Source: Azolla caroliniana
Taxonomy: Eukaryota > Plantae > Polypodiophyta
Assembly (NCBI GenBank): GCA_043228905.1
Contig: JBHGNT010000013.1
Coordinates: 372,001 to 436,000, forward strand
Reading direction: 5' to 3'
Length of the DNA: 64,000 nt
The position numbers and the translations under genes are program-made. Below, piece after piece: positions 25,101-37,313 of the stretch (positions within the stretch are counted from its first letter, which is position 1; each line of letters begins with the position of its first letter). The notes under the pieces are model-generated. The model did not search any database and was not told the origin of the DNA. It worked only from the letters and a program-made list of their open reading frames with translations.

Positions 25101-27375
25101 GGTCTAAAAACGGCGCCAGCTACGTTCCAGCGCATCATCACCGAAATCTTTCATGACTACATTCCGGCATTCATGCAAGTCTTTCTCGGCAATTTCGCCG
25201 TGTATGGCCATTGACGGGAACACATGACCCAGTTACGACTCTGCCTGGACCGATGTCGCCAAGCTCGATTGAGCTTAAACCCGGCGAAATGCGCGTTCTT
25301 AGTCACCAACGGCAACCTTCTTGGTCACATTGTTAGTCAAGAAGGCATCGCTATGGACCCGGATAAAGTAAAGGCAATCCTGACCGCCACCGCACCCTCG
25401 AATGCTAAGGCACTAAGCCGATTTTTGGGACAGATCTGGTGGCACAGCCGAATGATACGACACTTGGCCGATTTCGCGACACCTTTACACGCGGCAGTCC
25501 ATCGCCTTCCCTTCCAATGGACGTCAATCGAGGACACGGCCTATCAGACCCTGAAACTAATGTTGTCACATGCCCCGGTGGTTCAGTCTCCGGTTTGGTC
25601 TGAACCGTTTCATGTCTTCATAGATGCTTCGGACATCGCCATCGGAAGTGCCCTGATGCAATGCACACCCCCGAATTGGTATAGGCCCGTGTACTACGCC
25701 AACCAACGGCTCTCGACCACGGAAAAGAATTACTCCACCACCGAGCGGGAGGCCCTCGGTATGATTTATAGCATCAATAAATTCCGGCATTACCTCTTGG
25801 GCCAGAAATTTACCTTTCACGTGGATCACTCGGCCCTTCTTTATTTGGTCAATAAACAAGCCCTCACCGGACGGTTGGCTCGGTGGATGCTCCTACTCCA
25901 AGAGTTTGATTTCCAGATTCAGCATCGACCCGGGGTACAACATGCCGTCGTCGACTACTTGAGCCGTCTTGAGTCAGGGGAACCGGCGAAAACGACTTAC
26001 GACGAGCTACCGGATGCCAGCCTATTTAACCTGACCACGATGCCAGATGATAACGAAGATGAATGGATCACGGAGATGAACCATCTTCTCACTACCGGTT
26101 TACCTCCCAAGCACATGCCCCTTGACACGAGAAAATGCCTAACAGTGCGTAGCCGGAATTTTTGCCTCGTCTCGGACATTCTCTACCACAAAGGCTTGGA
26201 CGGCATATGGCGCCGAGCAATTCGGCAATTCGAGAAGAACACCGTTCTTCAGGAGGCCCACCAGGGAGTAGCTGGGGGGCACTACGCCGGGGATTCCACG
26301 GCAAGGAAAGTTTGGCAAAGCGGATTGTGGTGGCCGACAACGAAGAGAGACGCTCATGAGTTTTGCCGGCAGTGCAATTTGTGCCAATGATTGGGGCAAC
26401 CAATGGAACAGTCACGCATGCCACACCAGCCGATTCTTCCGTTGGACCCATTTCAAAAATGGGGTTTGGATTTTGTAGGCCCTTTCAAACCACCCGCGGC
26501 CTGTACAGGGAATAGGTATATTATCGTTGCCACGGATTACTGCACCAAATGGGTCGAGGCTAAGGCACTCCAAGACAACACGGCGGCGTCCACGGCTAAA
26601 TTTATGTACGAGCACCTCTGGTGCCATTACGGATGCCCAATCGAGCTCGTTAGTGACCAAGGCGGGCACTTCATCAATCATATAATACGGGAGCTTACAC
26701 AACTCTACGCGGTGGTGCACAAGAAAAGCACACCATACTACCCGCAGGCGAACGGCTTGGCGGAATCGACCAATAAAATCCTCCAAACCATATTGAAGAA
26801 AATCGTCAATGAAAACAGGACAGATTGGGATGACAAACTCCAGAGCGCGTTGTGGGCGTATTGTACGACTTTCAAAACAAGCATCCAATCAACCCCCTTT
26901 CGAATGGCGTTTGGGTTAGAAGCCGTAATGCCCGCCGAGTTCCAAGTCCCGAGCCTCCGAGTTCAAATCAAAGCACGGCTCCCCGAGGCCCAATCCGAGC
27001 AATACCGGCTGGAACAACTCCTCGAACTCGGCGAAGACAGGATAGAGAGTATGGCCCACCTCGAACAACGCCAATGACAACGCAAGGCTTTCATGGATCG
27101 ACATCGAAACGGGCTGGAAAAGGAGCTCACCATCGGCAAACCGATTCTTCTTTTTCAAACACGACTCGGGTCTATGCCGGGAAAATTAAGATTTCGGTGG
27201 ACTGGTCCATTCTGGATTATCGACGAGTTCGACGGGACGTTCTAGCTCAGCACACTCGCCGGCGACACTGTCAAAAGTTGGGCTAATGGTTTCCGACTTA
27301 GACCATATCGAGGCACTACATCACCCAACCTGTTTCGGGAAACCACCACGGAGGAGGCCACATGTCCCCCTGAAT
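22150..27375 (+). pseudogene. pol: gag-pol of W with many premature stops
   Basis: MPYPYPRY...[61 protein letters not shown]. Confidence 0.9.
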
Positions 27376-27924
27376 AAGGACTCACCAAAATTAATAAAGT
27401 AGGTAGGATTAACCATAGTTTAGCCACCGATTAGCTACACCTACACCACCCACCTAGGCACCCACAAATTTAGGAGCACCCCTCACCACCACTCATTTAG
27501 TACCTATTTAAGCACATGCAAAGCACTAGAAGCACCCCACTCACCTTCAGGACACGTGGCGCTAGTCACTTATTATGGCACCCACGACTCAGAATCTTCA
27601 GGATTCGCTTCGGGCACAAAACCCTAGGAGTAAGTTACTAAAACCGTTTCCAAAACGCAGCACAGACACAGAAGTTCATTATCGCTCCCAATCTCCATCG
27701 CTCTCAAGCTCAGAAGCCCCTTCTCGCTCTCATCGCTCTAAATGCTCTTGCTCTCAAGCCCTCTTTCGCTCTCATAGCCCCTCTACTGAACTTCCCCTTC
27801 CTGTTGTTCCTCCTCTGTCTCACCCTCGCCTCATCACTCTTCCACACAGTCAAACCCTGTCTCCATCTCCACCATGGCTCTTACCGCTTCAACAGAAACC
27901 CGTGCCTGGCTCTAGGAACGAGGA

Positions 27925-30900
27925 ATGGGCGGTTACCTGAAGATCATCGATGCCCCCGCGCACCCAGATGCCCAAGGAGTGGCTAAACGTATTTGTCCCG
28001 AAGCCATCACCAACAACGTGCTTCGGGCTGTTTTGGACCTGCAACGGGGAGGGGACCATGAGGTCGACATACCCCCGACATCGAAGCTGAAAGCGTACTT
28101 TAGTGAGTACTTAGCCTTAGGGAAGGCATATCGCACGTATGGCGGTCCCAACAGAGCTTTCGGGGAGATTGCTCGTATATTGATGGAGTATGCGTTCATG
28201 CATACGAACCCGACGAGCATGCCACAGAACAAGGCAGCCATCATCATCAGCGCGTATGAAGGAAACAGAGTCGATTGGGGAATCATCACAGGCGAAGGAC
28301 TCCACGCCGCCTTAGCCTCATTCCAGTCCGGTAAGAAGATTTTGTCTGTTCTTACCCACTTTTTGATGGTTCTATACCCACCCTCTTCTCTTCCTTCCCC
28401 TCGCACACTCACGTCCCCACCCCCACCATGAAGGCAGAGAGAGAAATTTGTGGCCATCAGCCACGAAGCATGGGAGGAGCTCACATCGCCTTCACCTCCT
28501 GCCACCGACCAAAACCCTACATCTGCACCACCACCCACCCAACCCCAACAAAAAAGGGCAGTTCCTGAGACCTGCCAAGAATGGGAGGAGGAGATAGCCA
28601 CGGAGGACAACATGGGAGATGATGTCACCATTCGACAGCCAACGTCGCGCCCCTCGGTAACTTCCCCAGGGCCTGGCCCACACCCCAACACACAGCAGGC
28701 AGCACCACCACGACCCCAGAAAAGGAAGCAGGCGGAGGAAACGACACTACCGGCCCCGGAACCCCAAACCCAGCCGAGCAAGAGAAGATGACTGCCCTGC
28801 GAGTCCTCGGCAGAACAGAAAGAGCCACAATAGGAGCAAGCTTTAGTTGTCAGCTAGAACAACCTGACCATCATCCCTGAGGAGGCATCGCTGAACCAAG
28901 GAAAGATCGAGCATGGGTAGACAACGCAGATCTCGGAGGATGAAGTCCTCGGGTATAAAGACCTCCCCGCGGAGGCTTACGAATTTAGTGCGCTCCTACG
29001 CCTCGGTATGACATTCGAGCTGGTCGACTTCCTCGCCAGAGCCCAAGTCGCGGCAGCCGCTCGAATGGCGGAAGAGCACACCGAAACAAAAATGATTCAA
29101 CGCGCGCTATTAGGTGAAATTGAGCCCCAGGACGACAGGGCTTTACAGAAAATAAGGAGAAAGAAGCAGGCAAAACAAGCCGCTCTCCTCATGGAGGTCC
29201 CCGAGTTGAACACGGCCCTTATCGAGGCATATAGGGACCTAGATCGCACTACGCGGGCAGCCAAAGACATGGCCCGAAAGATAAAAATAGCCCAAAAACA
29301 GGCTAAGGTGGCTACAGAATTATGGCACGCGGCGTAACAGAAATTGGCAGCCTGGGAGCAAAACCGGCCAGAACAACAACTCTTGAGCCTTCCGGCCACG
29401 ACCACCGAGGCCAACCCAGCCCCTCTAGCATAACAATGATGGATGAAAGCACCGTCACGGATTCAATCCTGATGATCCAGGCCAGCACACAAACGGACTC
29501 GTTACAAATGGTCGATGCCTGCACAACAACCAAGGTGGCCATGCCCATGGAGAAGACCGAGATACCACCCCCTCGTCCACCCAAGGAGATGACAACCCAG
29601 ACAGAACCCCCGAGACGGGATTACCGAGCGGAGCCTAAAGAAGAACAACGGCGAACCGAGAGACACGAACAACGGCATCAGGAGGCGATGGCTCGCCTAA
29701 AAGAAGAAGCTTCCAAGCATATGGCCGAGATTAGAGCCCAGGCCGACCAAAGGATACATGAGCAGAACGAAGCACTGGGCCGGGTACAAGCGCAAGCCGC
29801 GGGCAAAGAAGCCGAACTCAAAAGCAAGCTGGAGGAATACGTGGCCACACTGGCAGAGAAAGAGAAGGAGGTCCTAGACCTACAGGCCGCGCTCGACAAT
29901 GCGAAAGACTGGAACCACCGGCAAGAGGAAAGAAATCGCCAACAGGAGGAGAGAATGATCGCGGAGAATGCCGAGCTGCAGAGTCAGCGTACGACCCTTA
30001 AAGAAATGGCTGACGAGTTTTTCATCAAATGCAAGCTACTTTCGGAGCAAAAAGACGAATTATCTGATTCCTACTTCGTCCTATAAGAAGAGAGAATCGT
30101 CGAACGGGAACAAGTCTGGGCCGCGTGTCAAAAAGACCTCGCCAAGCATTACAAGCAGTCTATCCAGCTCGTAACCGCGGATGCAAAGAACACTCAAGCC
30201 ACCTATGAACTACTAGCAAAGAAGCTTCAGGCCGAGGTCAACGGCTTAAAACAGGAATTAGCAGCCGTCCGAGCACAGCCCGGCATGGATGAGACACGCA
30301 TCAGAATACTGATCGAGAAACAGCGCCAGCACCTCACCAAAAAGGTCGAGGAAACATTAAGTCGCGCAGGAGACGAATGGGCAGCCCAAGCTGCCGAATT
30401 GCATATTTTACGCGCCGATGCCGAGAACTGACGGAAGGAGGGCCGCGGCTTTTACAAAATGGACGAAGCCAGCATACAAAACTTGCGTGCAGATTTAACC
30501 GAGGATTACCAGTCCTTGGCAAAATCTCCCACCGCGGCAATCGAGCAAATACTGGAGGACTTCAATGACGGTCAGATGTTGTTTCGCCTGGAAGCAGAAG
30601 CCTTCGAACGAGAACGACTCGCAGCCATCCCAACCAGCCCTCCAACAGCCACAGAGCAGAAGGAAGAACCTTCCAATGAGGGGATCACGGACACGACACA
30701 GGAGGAACTTGCCCCGGCCAACAGACCTCCCGAGGACGCCCACACGGTACCAGATCCAGTCGAAGTAGAGGTCAGCGCCCTCGAACCCACACCCCCACCA
30801 GAAGAATCAGTCGCACTTGAGGCGGACGCCCGAGAAGATATGACACCCCCGGACCAAACTCAACCCCCCGCACCAACAGTCCAACCAGACCACCGTGCCA

Positions 30901-30947
30901 CCACCCCGAACCCCGAAAACATCCTCGACATCTTAAAAGAGGAATGA
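27925..30947 (+). pseudogene. Extra downstream ORF of W (Pro-rich linker plus coiled coil), fragmented
   Basis: MPQNKAAIIISAYEGNRVDWG matches Y MPKNRAGMIIATYEGIKVDWP; LTEDYQSLA matches LAEDFQALA; both end in ILD. Confidence 0.75.
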
Positions 30948-31253
30948 AACGAGTATCACGACGGCCAGTGACCTTACAGGATTATCTAGTTACGATGGAC
31001 TAAGCTAGTGCTTCCACCTATATTTTTCTTCTCTCTCATTTTGAGGTACTGGTCCTCGTTTAAATAACGTTTCCCCTAATACATAGCCGAGTCGTCGGTG
31101 GCCCGTGATACTCGGACTCGGTGTTTGCTAATTTCCTAATTTTACATTTCTGTTGTCTGGGCAACACCTGGCATGCCCGTGGGACAGAACCTTGTCCGTC
31201 GGGCCCACGACTTACAAAATACTAACAATATTACAAAAACGGGTAACACCGTG

Positions 31254-31677
31254 CGAAGCGTTCTTCGAACCCCCGGAAGAGAGCTGACGCGTTCCTCCCC
31301 TTTCCGAGGGTCTCCACCCACTCCATGAAGTCTCGCTTCGATAACCGAAACACATCATCAAGCCCGTACCTTTCGAGGAGTTGTGCTTCAAATTCTCCCC
31401 TGGTTCGACATCTGGCATGTACCTCGAGCACCTTTGCATGGATGCCTAATGTCCCCACCGGAGGGAACCCGACTAGACGCCTATCCTCCGGAATATCCCT
31501 CACCACCATCTCGGCCCGGTAGGACTCCAAATAGCTCGTGGCATCCTTTCCACCGAACCGGCCTACTGTGTCGACAATTGCTTCAATGGCCCTATCGAGG
31601 GCGTCTGTGCCCTCGCGAGCACTTACTATCCGATCGACTACTACCACCATGGCATCGACGAGCTCTAATCCCCTCAT
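31254..31677 (-). pseudogene. gag: gag N-terminus of element X
   Basis: VGRFGGKDATSYLESYRAEM matches X' VGRFGGKNITDLLATYRNEM; starts just after the PBS. Confidence 0.8.
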
Positions 31678-31700
31678 CTTAGACTCCTCTATCGTCTTGC

Positions 31701-31718
31701 TTCACGTTGGGTTCACCA
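31701..31718 (-). promoter_or_regulatory. Primer binding site, tRNA-Trp
   Basis: Plus strand TTCACGTTGGGTTCACCA matches, as recalled, the plant tRNA-Trp 3' end TTCACGTCGGGTTCACCA with one mismatch; it lies 5 nt from the LTR. Confidence 0.8.
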
Positions 31719-31723
31719 AATAA

Positions 31724-32468
31724 TGTCATGTTGTTTTGCTTTCTCGTGGGAAATAAGGCGGGACCGCGGGGGCCCTGAACCAAGGAGCAAGAGAAAGATG
31801 AGGAAGGGAGAAGCACACACGCATAGGGCCGGTTAGACCCGTTTACAACCGACAACGCTTGCTGGCTGAATGGACCACCAACGTGTATACTTACTGAACA
31901 AGAAACACGCTCACAGGAAAGGGGAGACTCACAAAAACACAGATAGACGAAAAACAAGAGATTCAATTACCATGTCAGTAATGATTATAGTGTTTTCAAG
32001 ATTACAATCGGCTAGCGATAGCCCCTACCCAGACGATCACACTCCCATGCACGCACACTATGGATCCTCTGTCGGAAGCACATGGGCTTTCCTTGAAGCA
32101 GAGTTAACGGACTCAGAAAACATGCAAAGAATAACGATAGATAGAGTAGGAGAGAGCTCGGTTCCTAGTCTAATAGCACCTTGTCCTTGCCCCAAAACGT
32201 GATATCTGGCTTGGACTCCCCTCCTACCTTTTATAGGCCGTCGGAGAGAAGTCGTTACATCCTGGTCACATCACTCTTATTCACTGTCCCTTCGGACATG
32301 GATACGCATCGATTTCCTAGCTAATGAACATGTACTACCTAGCATATTTACATCAGCCAAACTATTCCTAGTTATGTACAAAGTGTTGGTTGGTGTGCAC
32401 ATGCATAAGGGCCGGTTCCTTCCCCCCCTTTTCCCCGATTCCACCTAAGGCCGGTTTTCTTCACGACA
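31724..32468 (-). repeat. 5' LTR of element X
   Basis: TGTCATG...CACGACA; matches 655-901 + 2754-3255. Confidence 0.9.
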
Positions 32469-32493
32469 ACGTATTGGGTAACTTTGCATGTGC

Positions 32494-33115
32494 TAGCATG
32501 CTCTGGACTCTCTCCATTATGGTCCGGTTCATCCTTTCGGCCAGCCCGTTTAGTTTCGGTGTCTTTGGCACAATAAACTCGAGCCGGATTCCCTTCGACT
32601 AACAATACTCCTCGAACTACCCCCGGTATTCTCCTCCGTTATATGCTCAAACCGCCTTTAGCTTCCTACCGGTTTCTCTTTCCACTCTCGAGTAGTTGTT
32701 GGCCTTATGGCCTAAGCAAGGAGTGCAAGCGAATAACCTTCGGCGGTTGAATAATTTTGTTAAATAGTATGGTATCCAAAGAATAGTTCAAAAGAGAATA
32801 GTGGTAGCATGCTCCAGACTCTCTCCAATATGGTCCGGTTCATCCTTTCGGCTAGCCCGTTTAGTTCCAGTGTCTTCGGCACAAAAAACTCGAGCCGGAT
32901 TCCCTTCGACGGACAGTACTCCTCAAACTGCCCCCGGTATTCTCCTCCGTTATCTGCTCGAACTACCTTCAACTTCCTACCGGTTTCTCTTTCCACTCTT
33001 GAGTAGTTGTTGGCCTTATGGCCTAAGCAAGGAGTGTGAGCGAATAACCTTCGGCAGTTGAATAATTTGGTTAAATAGTATGGTATCTAAAGAATAGTTC
33101 AAAAGAGAATAGTGG
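32494..33115. repeat. 311-bp tandem duplication (copia integrase piece fused to unrelated sequence)
   Basis: 32494-32804 and 32805-33115 align; both encode VRADNGGEY...NGLAERMNRTI on the minus strand. Confidence 0.85.
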
Positions 33116-33121
33116 AGGCGA

Positions 33122-33160
<39 letters not shown>

Positions 33161-33183
33161 AACTTCAATTTATGTAAGAAATA

Positions 33184-33236
33184 GGTCTTATGGCAAACAT
33201 GTTTCGCTCTATATGAGATCATCAGTGCTAAAGACC
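33184..33236 (-). ncRNA. Degenerate minimal type I hammerhead ribozyme
   Basis: Minus strand: GGTCTT-TA-GCA CTGATGA TCTC-ATATA-GAGC GAAAC-AT-GTT TGC-CAT-AAGACC. Core boxes, stem I with internal loop, stem II and a palindromic stem III are all present. Confidence 0.75.
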
Positions 33237-34050
33237 ATACAACAATGTTAGAGGCTTATATAGGGGAAGAGGAAAGAAGAGAGAATGGGGAGTCGTGGGG
33301 ATGGAAGAGAGAGAGATATAAATAGATAGATTATATTATCATCTTCGGAGGTCAAATATGACCTATGAGACCAAAAATATTACATTTCACATGATACGTG
33401 TGAAAGTGAGTATTGACTCTCAATGTTCAAGAACTTTACCAATGAATGTTGCAATCGAGAGTGCACATTGTGGTTGTGAGAGGAATTCATGCAAAGATTG
33501 GGCTCCGTCAAATAGATGTGGAAAGCATGGTCGAAGATGATCAAAGGTAGAGCATTGTATCAGAGGGGTTTTGAATGTGTATAAATGCGGATGTGGGAGT
33601 TAGGGGGATAGTGAATGTAGAGAGGGATGGCTTAATGAGTTTGATGGGAAGGGATGATTTTGGGGGTTTGTTATATTTAGTTATACTAGATAGATACCAA
33701 TGATAAGTGATGTTTTAATGGGGGTTTTTGGAATCTAATATGTTTAGTTTTGACTGGATAAGAATAGAGTGATTTGGGGAGTTGTGGGGATGGAAAAGAG
33801 AGAGAGAGAGAGAGAGAAAAGAGGAGAGAGGGGTTTTGAATGTGTATAAAGGAGGATGTGGGAGTTAGGGAGATAGTTAAAGTAGAGAGGGATAGCTTAA
33901 TGAGTTTGATGGGAAGGGATGATTTTGGGGATTTGTTATATTTAGTTATACTAGATAGATACCAATGATAAGTGTGACGTTTTAATGGGGATTTGGGGAT
34001 CCAATATATTTAGTTTTGACTAGATAAGAATAGAGTGATTTTGACTTGGT

Positions 34051-35751
34051 TCAACATATAAAAGGCTTAGGGATGTCTTTTAGTTGGGGATCTAGCCTAA
34101 GGTCAACATGTAAGTCTTGTAAAAACGAGTGGACGCCTAATTTAGGGGAGTTTTTTGAGTACCTAAGCTTGAATATGGTAGGTGTAAGGGAAGATATTTT
34201 TTTATGCTTATGGATGAGAGTATTCCTAAGGGAGAAAGGATGTTTTTTAAAAGCCTTAAGGATGAAATGGGGCGGGTAACCTCGGCTAATGAGTTTAAGG
34301 AAGAAACACTTTTTCATTTCTAAGTACCCTATAGGTGTGTTTTCTCTAACTAGGTAGCATTTTAATTCATTTGAAATAAAATTTTGTTTAATGTGTATGA
34401 GATGGTCTGAAGAGAAGGGAAGATATTGATAGGAATTTAATGGTTTTTGGAAACAATTGAAAGAGAATTTAGAGTTCTCTAGATTAATCCAAATATCCAA
34501 GAAAGGGAGCCTAGTGGGGGACGTATGGATCGTAAGTTTAATGGAGTTATTGGTCATACGACTATAGAAACCGAGGTATTCTAAGAGTTGGGGTTTCATA
34601 GCAGTTCAAACCCCGAAGGCATCATCTATGTACCTAGTAACATAGAAGAGATGGGGTGTGGTTTGTGAGTTTTCTAAGTGTGATAAGAAAAGGCATGCAT
34701 AGACAACTGAGAAATTGTTGCCCATGGTTGTTCCTTTGATTTGTTGGTATACCTGATTATCGAAGGTCAGGTAGTGATACTTTAGGGTTAGAGCGCTAAG
34801 GGTATAGATAAGATTAGTCTTGGCTAAGGAAAAATGGGGGGAGATGATATGATGAAGTGCTTCGAGTCCTAACTTAGGGGGGATGTTAGGATAAAAGGAT
34901 TCTACATCAAAAGAGAAAATGAAACTATTAGGAGGGGGGGTTAGTTGTCCTAGTTTTTCGATGAGGGAGTGTGAATCTTTTAGGTATTGTTTTTGGAGTA
35001 CTAGGATGGGTAAAAGTTGAAAATGTAGCCATTTCGAGGTTCGCTCGAATATCGAGTTATTATAAGAACAGATGGGTCTAAATCCAATGTGCGTTTTATG
35101 GAGTTTAGGAAGGAAGTAAATATTAGATACTTGATATCCATTTAGGGTTTTATAGAGTATGTAATTAGCTTCTATAAAGGAAAGTGTTCCTAGATTTTTT
35201 TGTACTATACTATTAAGGTGATATAAGAGCTCTTCTAACGGAAAATGGGTTACTTTTCTATAGGTGGTGGTATCCGAGAGGTGGTTTATAGCTTTTTCAT
35301 AGTAGGTATCTTTGTCTAGAACACATACTCCCATGTTCTTATCCTCCGGAAGAATGATAATCTGGCAGTTATTCCTAAGGTTCTTAAGGGTTGTGCGAAG
35401 GTGGAGTGGTGTCCTAACAAGTTTGGGTTTAGGTTGTTGGAGTATAGACAAAAGGAGGTTTTCATTGTTTTTTAATAATATTTTCAAGAGGGGGATATTG
35501 AGATGGTGGATTCCAATTAGGATTTGGTAGTTTAAATGGGTTAAGGGGTGTTGAGTCCATGTCTCTAAAGAAATGTTTTAAACGTAAGGATCTACTTAAA
35601 CTAGAAAATTCTTCAAGGATAGTATTAGTGGAAGGTAGAGAGGATGGTAGAATGTATTTGAGACCTAAGCTTAGCAATTGATCTTCATTTAGTGTGAGGG
35701 AGTGTTTAGATAAATTGTGAATTTTACTTTCTATTCGAAGAGTATCATTAA
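34051..35751 (-). pseudogene. Penelope-like reverse transcriptase
   Basis: IHNLS...LLSLGLKY, ILPEDKNMG, YFLPKLHK...FRPI, SFDVESFYPNIP, YQQIKGTTMG, RYIDD, LPFLDI, QKPLNSYQYL, RGYP; a frameshift and stops. Confidence 0.88.
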
Positions 35752-36124
35752 GCAGTTTCCAAAAAAAACACGTTCGCGTTCACAAGTGGAAGGATCGCGC
35801 ATAAATGGAAGGATAAGGGAAATTTTAGGGGTTTTTCAATGATTTTACAAAACACATTGATACCAGTATCATACAAGTTCAAACATACTATGAAAAAGGT
35901 TAAAAATCCACTATTTTCGTGATTTAGAAGTAACTAAAAAAAGACGAATTTCAAAAACATACATTCTCAATTTATATCACAAACTTTACAACCAATGTTA
36001 TTTTATAAGAAACGATTTTTTAGCAATCATAAGAATTCAAAACACATGATTTTATATTACTCGATTTGTTACAAGCGGAATGTAGTTACACTTAATAGCC
36101 AAATATACATTCATGATCACTCCT

Positions 36125-37313
36125 TTACGGAGAATCACTACTATAACTAATATACAATGACGATTCCTCCTCATCATCCTCGGATGTACCAATCAGTGCA
36201 TTATCTTCGTCATAAACCAAATGGTTTGACTCTAGATTATATGTAGCAGATCTCGTTTGCCTTTGACTCGAGCCACCTTGTAGACCTGGTAATTTTTCTT
36301 TTATTATATCTATTGTTGACTTCCTTAATCGTCCGGCTTTTGTAAGTGTGAAGTCGTACACGATGATATCCACATCAGAGATATCAAGGGTCGAGGTGTT
36401 ACGAATGTTTCGCTTCCTCTTCCTACCTCCCCTTCTTGTTTGGCATTCAATCATCTCCAATGTATACTTACCTGTAAAAGCATTTGCACTTCTAGTGTTG
36501 TACCAATGAACATTTATAGACTTGATCGTGTTTTCTATTTCATGCATTAGCACTTCTAGAATTTTACCAACCCAAAATTGGTGGCCATGTGAGTTCTCAT
36601 CAGCCGGCATTGCAATCAACATCCCCGCGGTGAGCTCTTGCAAATTTCCTTGCCATCTAGCTTCGGTTGCTTTCGTCATCCTTGGTCCTACATAAATGTC
36701 TCTTTGTTGTGGATGGACCAAGCTGTCATTAATCGCATTTACTAGTTGCTCCGGACTTCTATTTACGCGATCATGTTGCAGCGACCATGTGAATGGCGTT
36801 TCCAAATTCCAATTATCAACAGATACACAATTGTCTATAATTTCTTTCTGATCACTATAAAATACATCCCACCATGACGTGTCTTGTTGTGCGGCATATT
36901 TCTTGGCGGCCTCAATATGCTTTCTTTTTTCTTCTAAGGCTTGGACCCATGACCGTTTTTGTTCTGATACCAAGTCGCTCTGCAACTGTCCTTTCTTCTC
37001 AATTGGCATTTGCTTAGCTCCATGGACAATTGTACTCGGCATACAAAGTAATAACTGGCAACCACCTTCAAGTTCCCATGTTGTAGAAGATGAATATTGT
37101 TTAGCATACAAAAGTGTAGAACCACTTATTCCATTTTTCTTTATCAAAAAAATGTGATTGAAACTTATATTGTTTAACTGAGCAAGCACTTTAACATTCC
37201 CACCACCCCCATCTAATATATATCTCTTAAAGTCATATACCTCCTTCAAGTGTAACACTTTTGGGCGTGGTGTACAAGCATCACAAATGACATCAAATAG
37301 TTTAGGTAAAGTG
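36125..37313 (-). pseudogene. Transposase, C-terminal part
   Basis: Joins 54386 in frame after removing Y2 and one AAGTG copy: RHDAFTL|PKLFDVICDACTPRPKVLHLKEVYDFK. Confidence 0.85.

Larger units (their letters stand above)
21501..31248 (+). mobile_element. Ty3/gypsy element W (relative of Y) with an extra 3' ORF and a rearranged 3' LTR
   Basis: 5' LTR 21501-21958, PBS TGGCACGCCCGGT at 21964, degenerate gag-pol, TSD CCGTG (21496-21500 / 31249-31253). Confidence 0.92.
655..32468 (-). mobile_element. Ty3/gypsy LTR retrotransposon X (Phygy-like non-chromovirus), heavily nested
   Basis: 5' LTR 31724-32468 and split 3' LTR 655-901 + 2754-3255 have TGTCRTG...CACGACA ends. PBS at 31701-31718, PPT at 3256-3267, 4-bp TSD ACGT (651-654 / 32469-32472). 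Confidence 0.9.
33000..35751 (-). mobile_element. Penelope-like retroelement with pLTR-like repeats, 5' end cut by the DNA transposon
   Basis: PLE-type RT, direct repeats 33562-33775 / 33827-34041, hammerhead motif, (AG)n tracts. Boundaries approximate. Confidence 0.8.

Noticed and set aside
33125-33154. (AG)n microsatellite (also 33797-33816)
   Set aside because: Ordinary simple repeats within the PLE flank.
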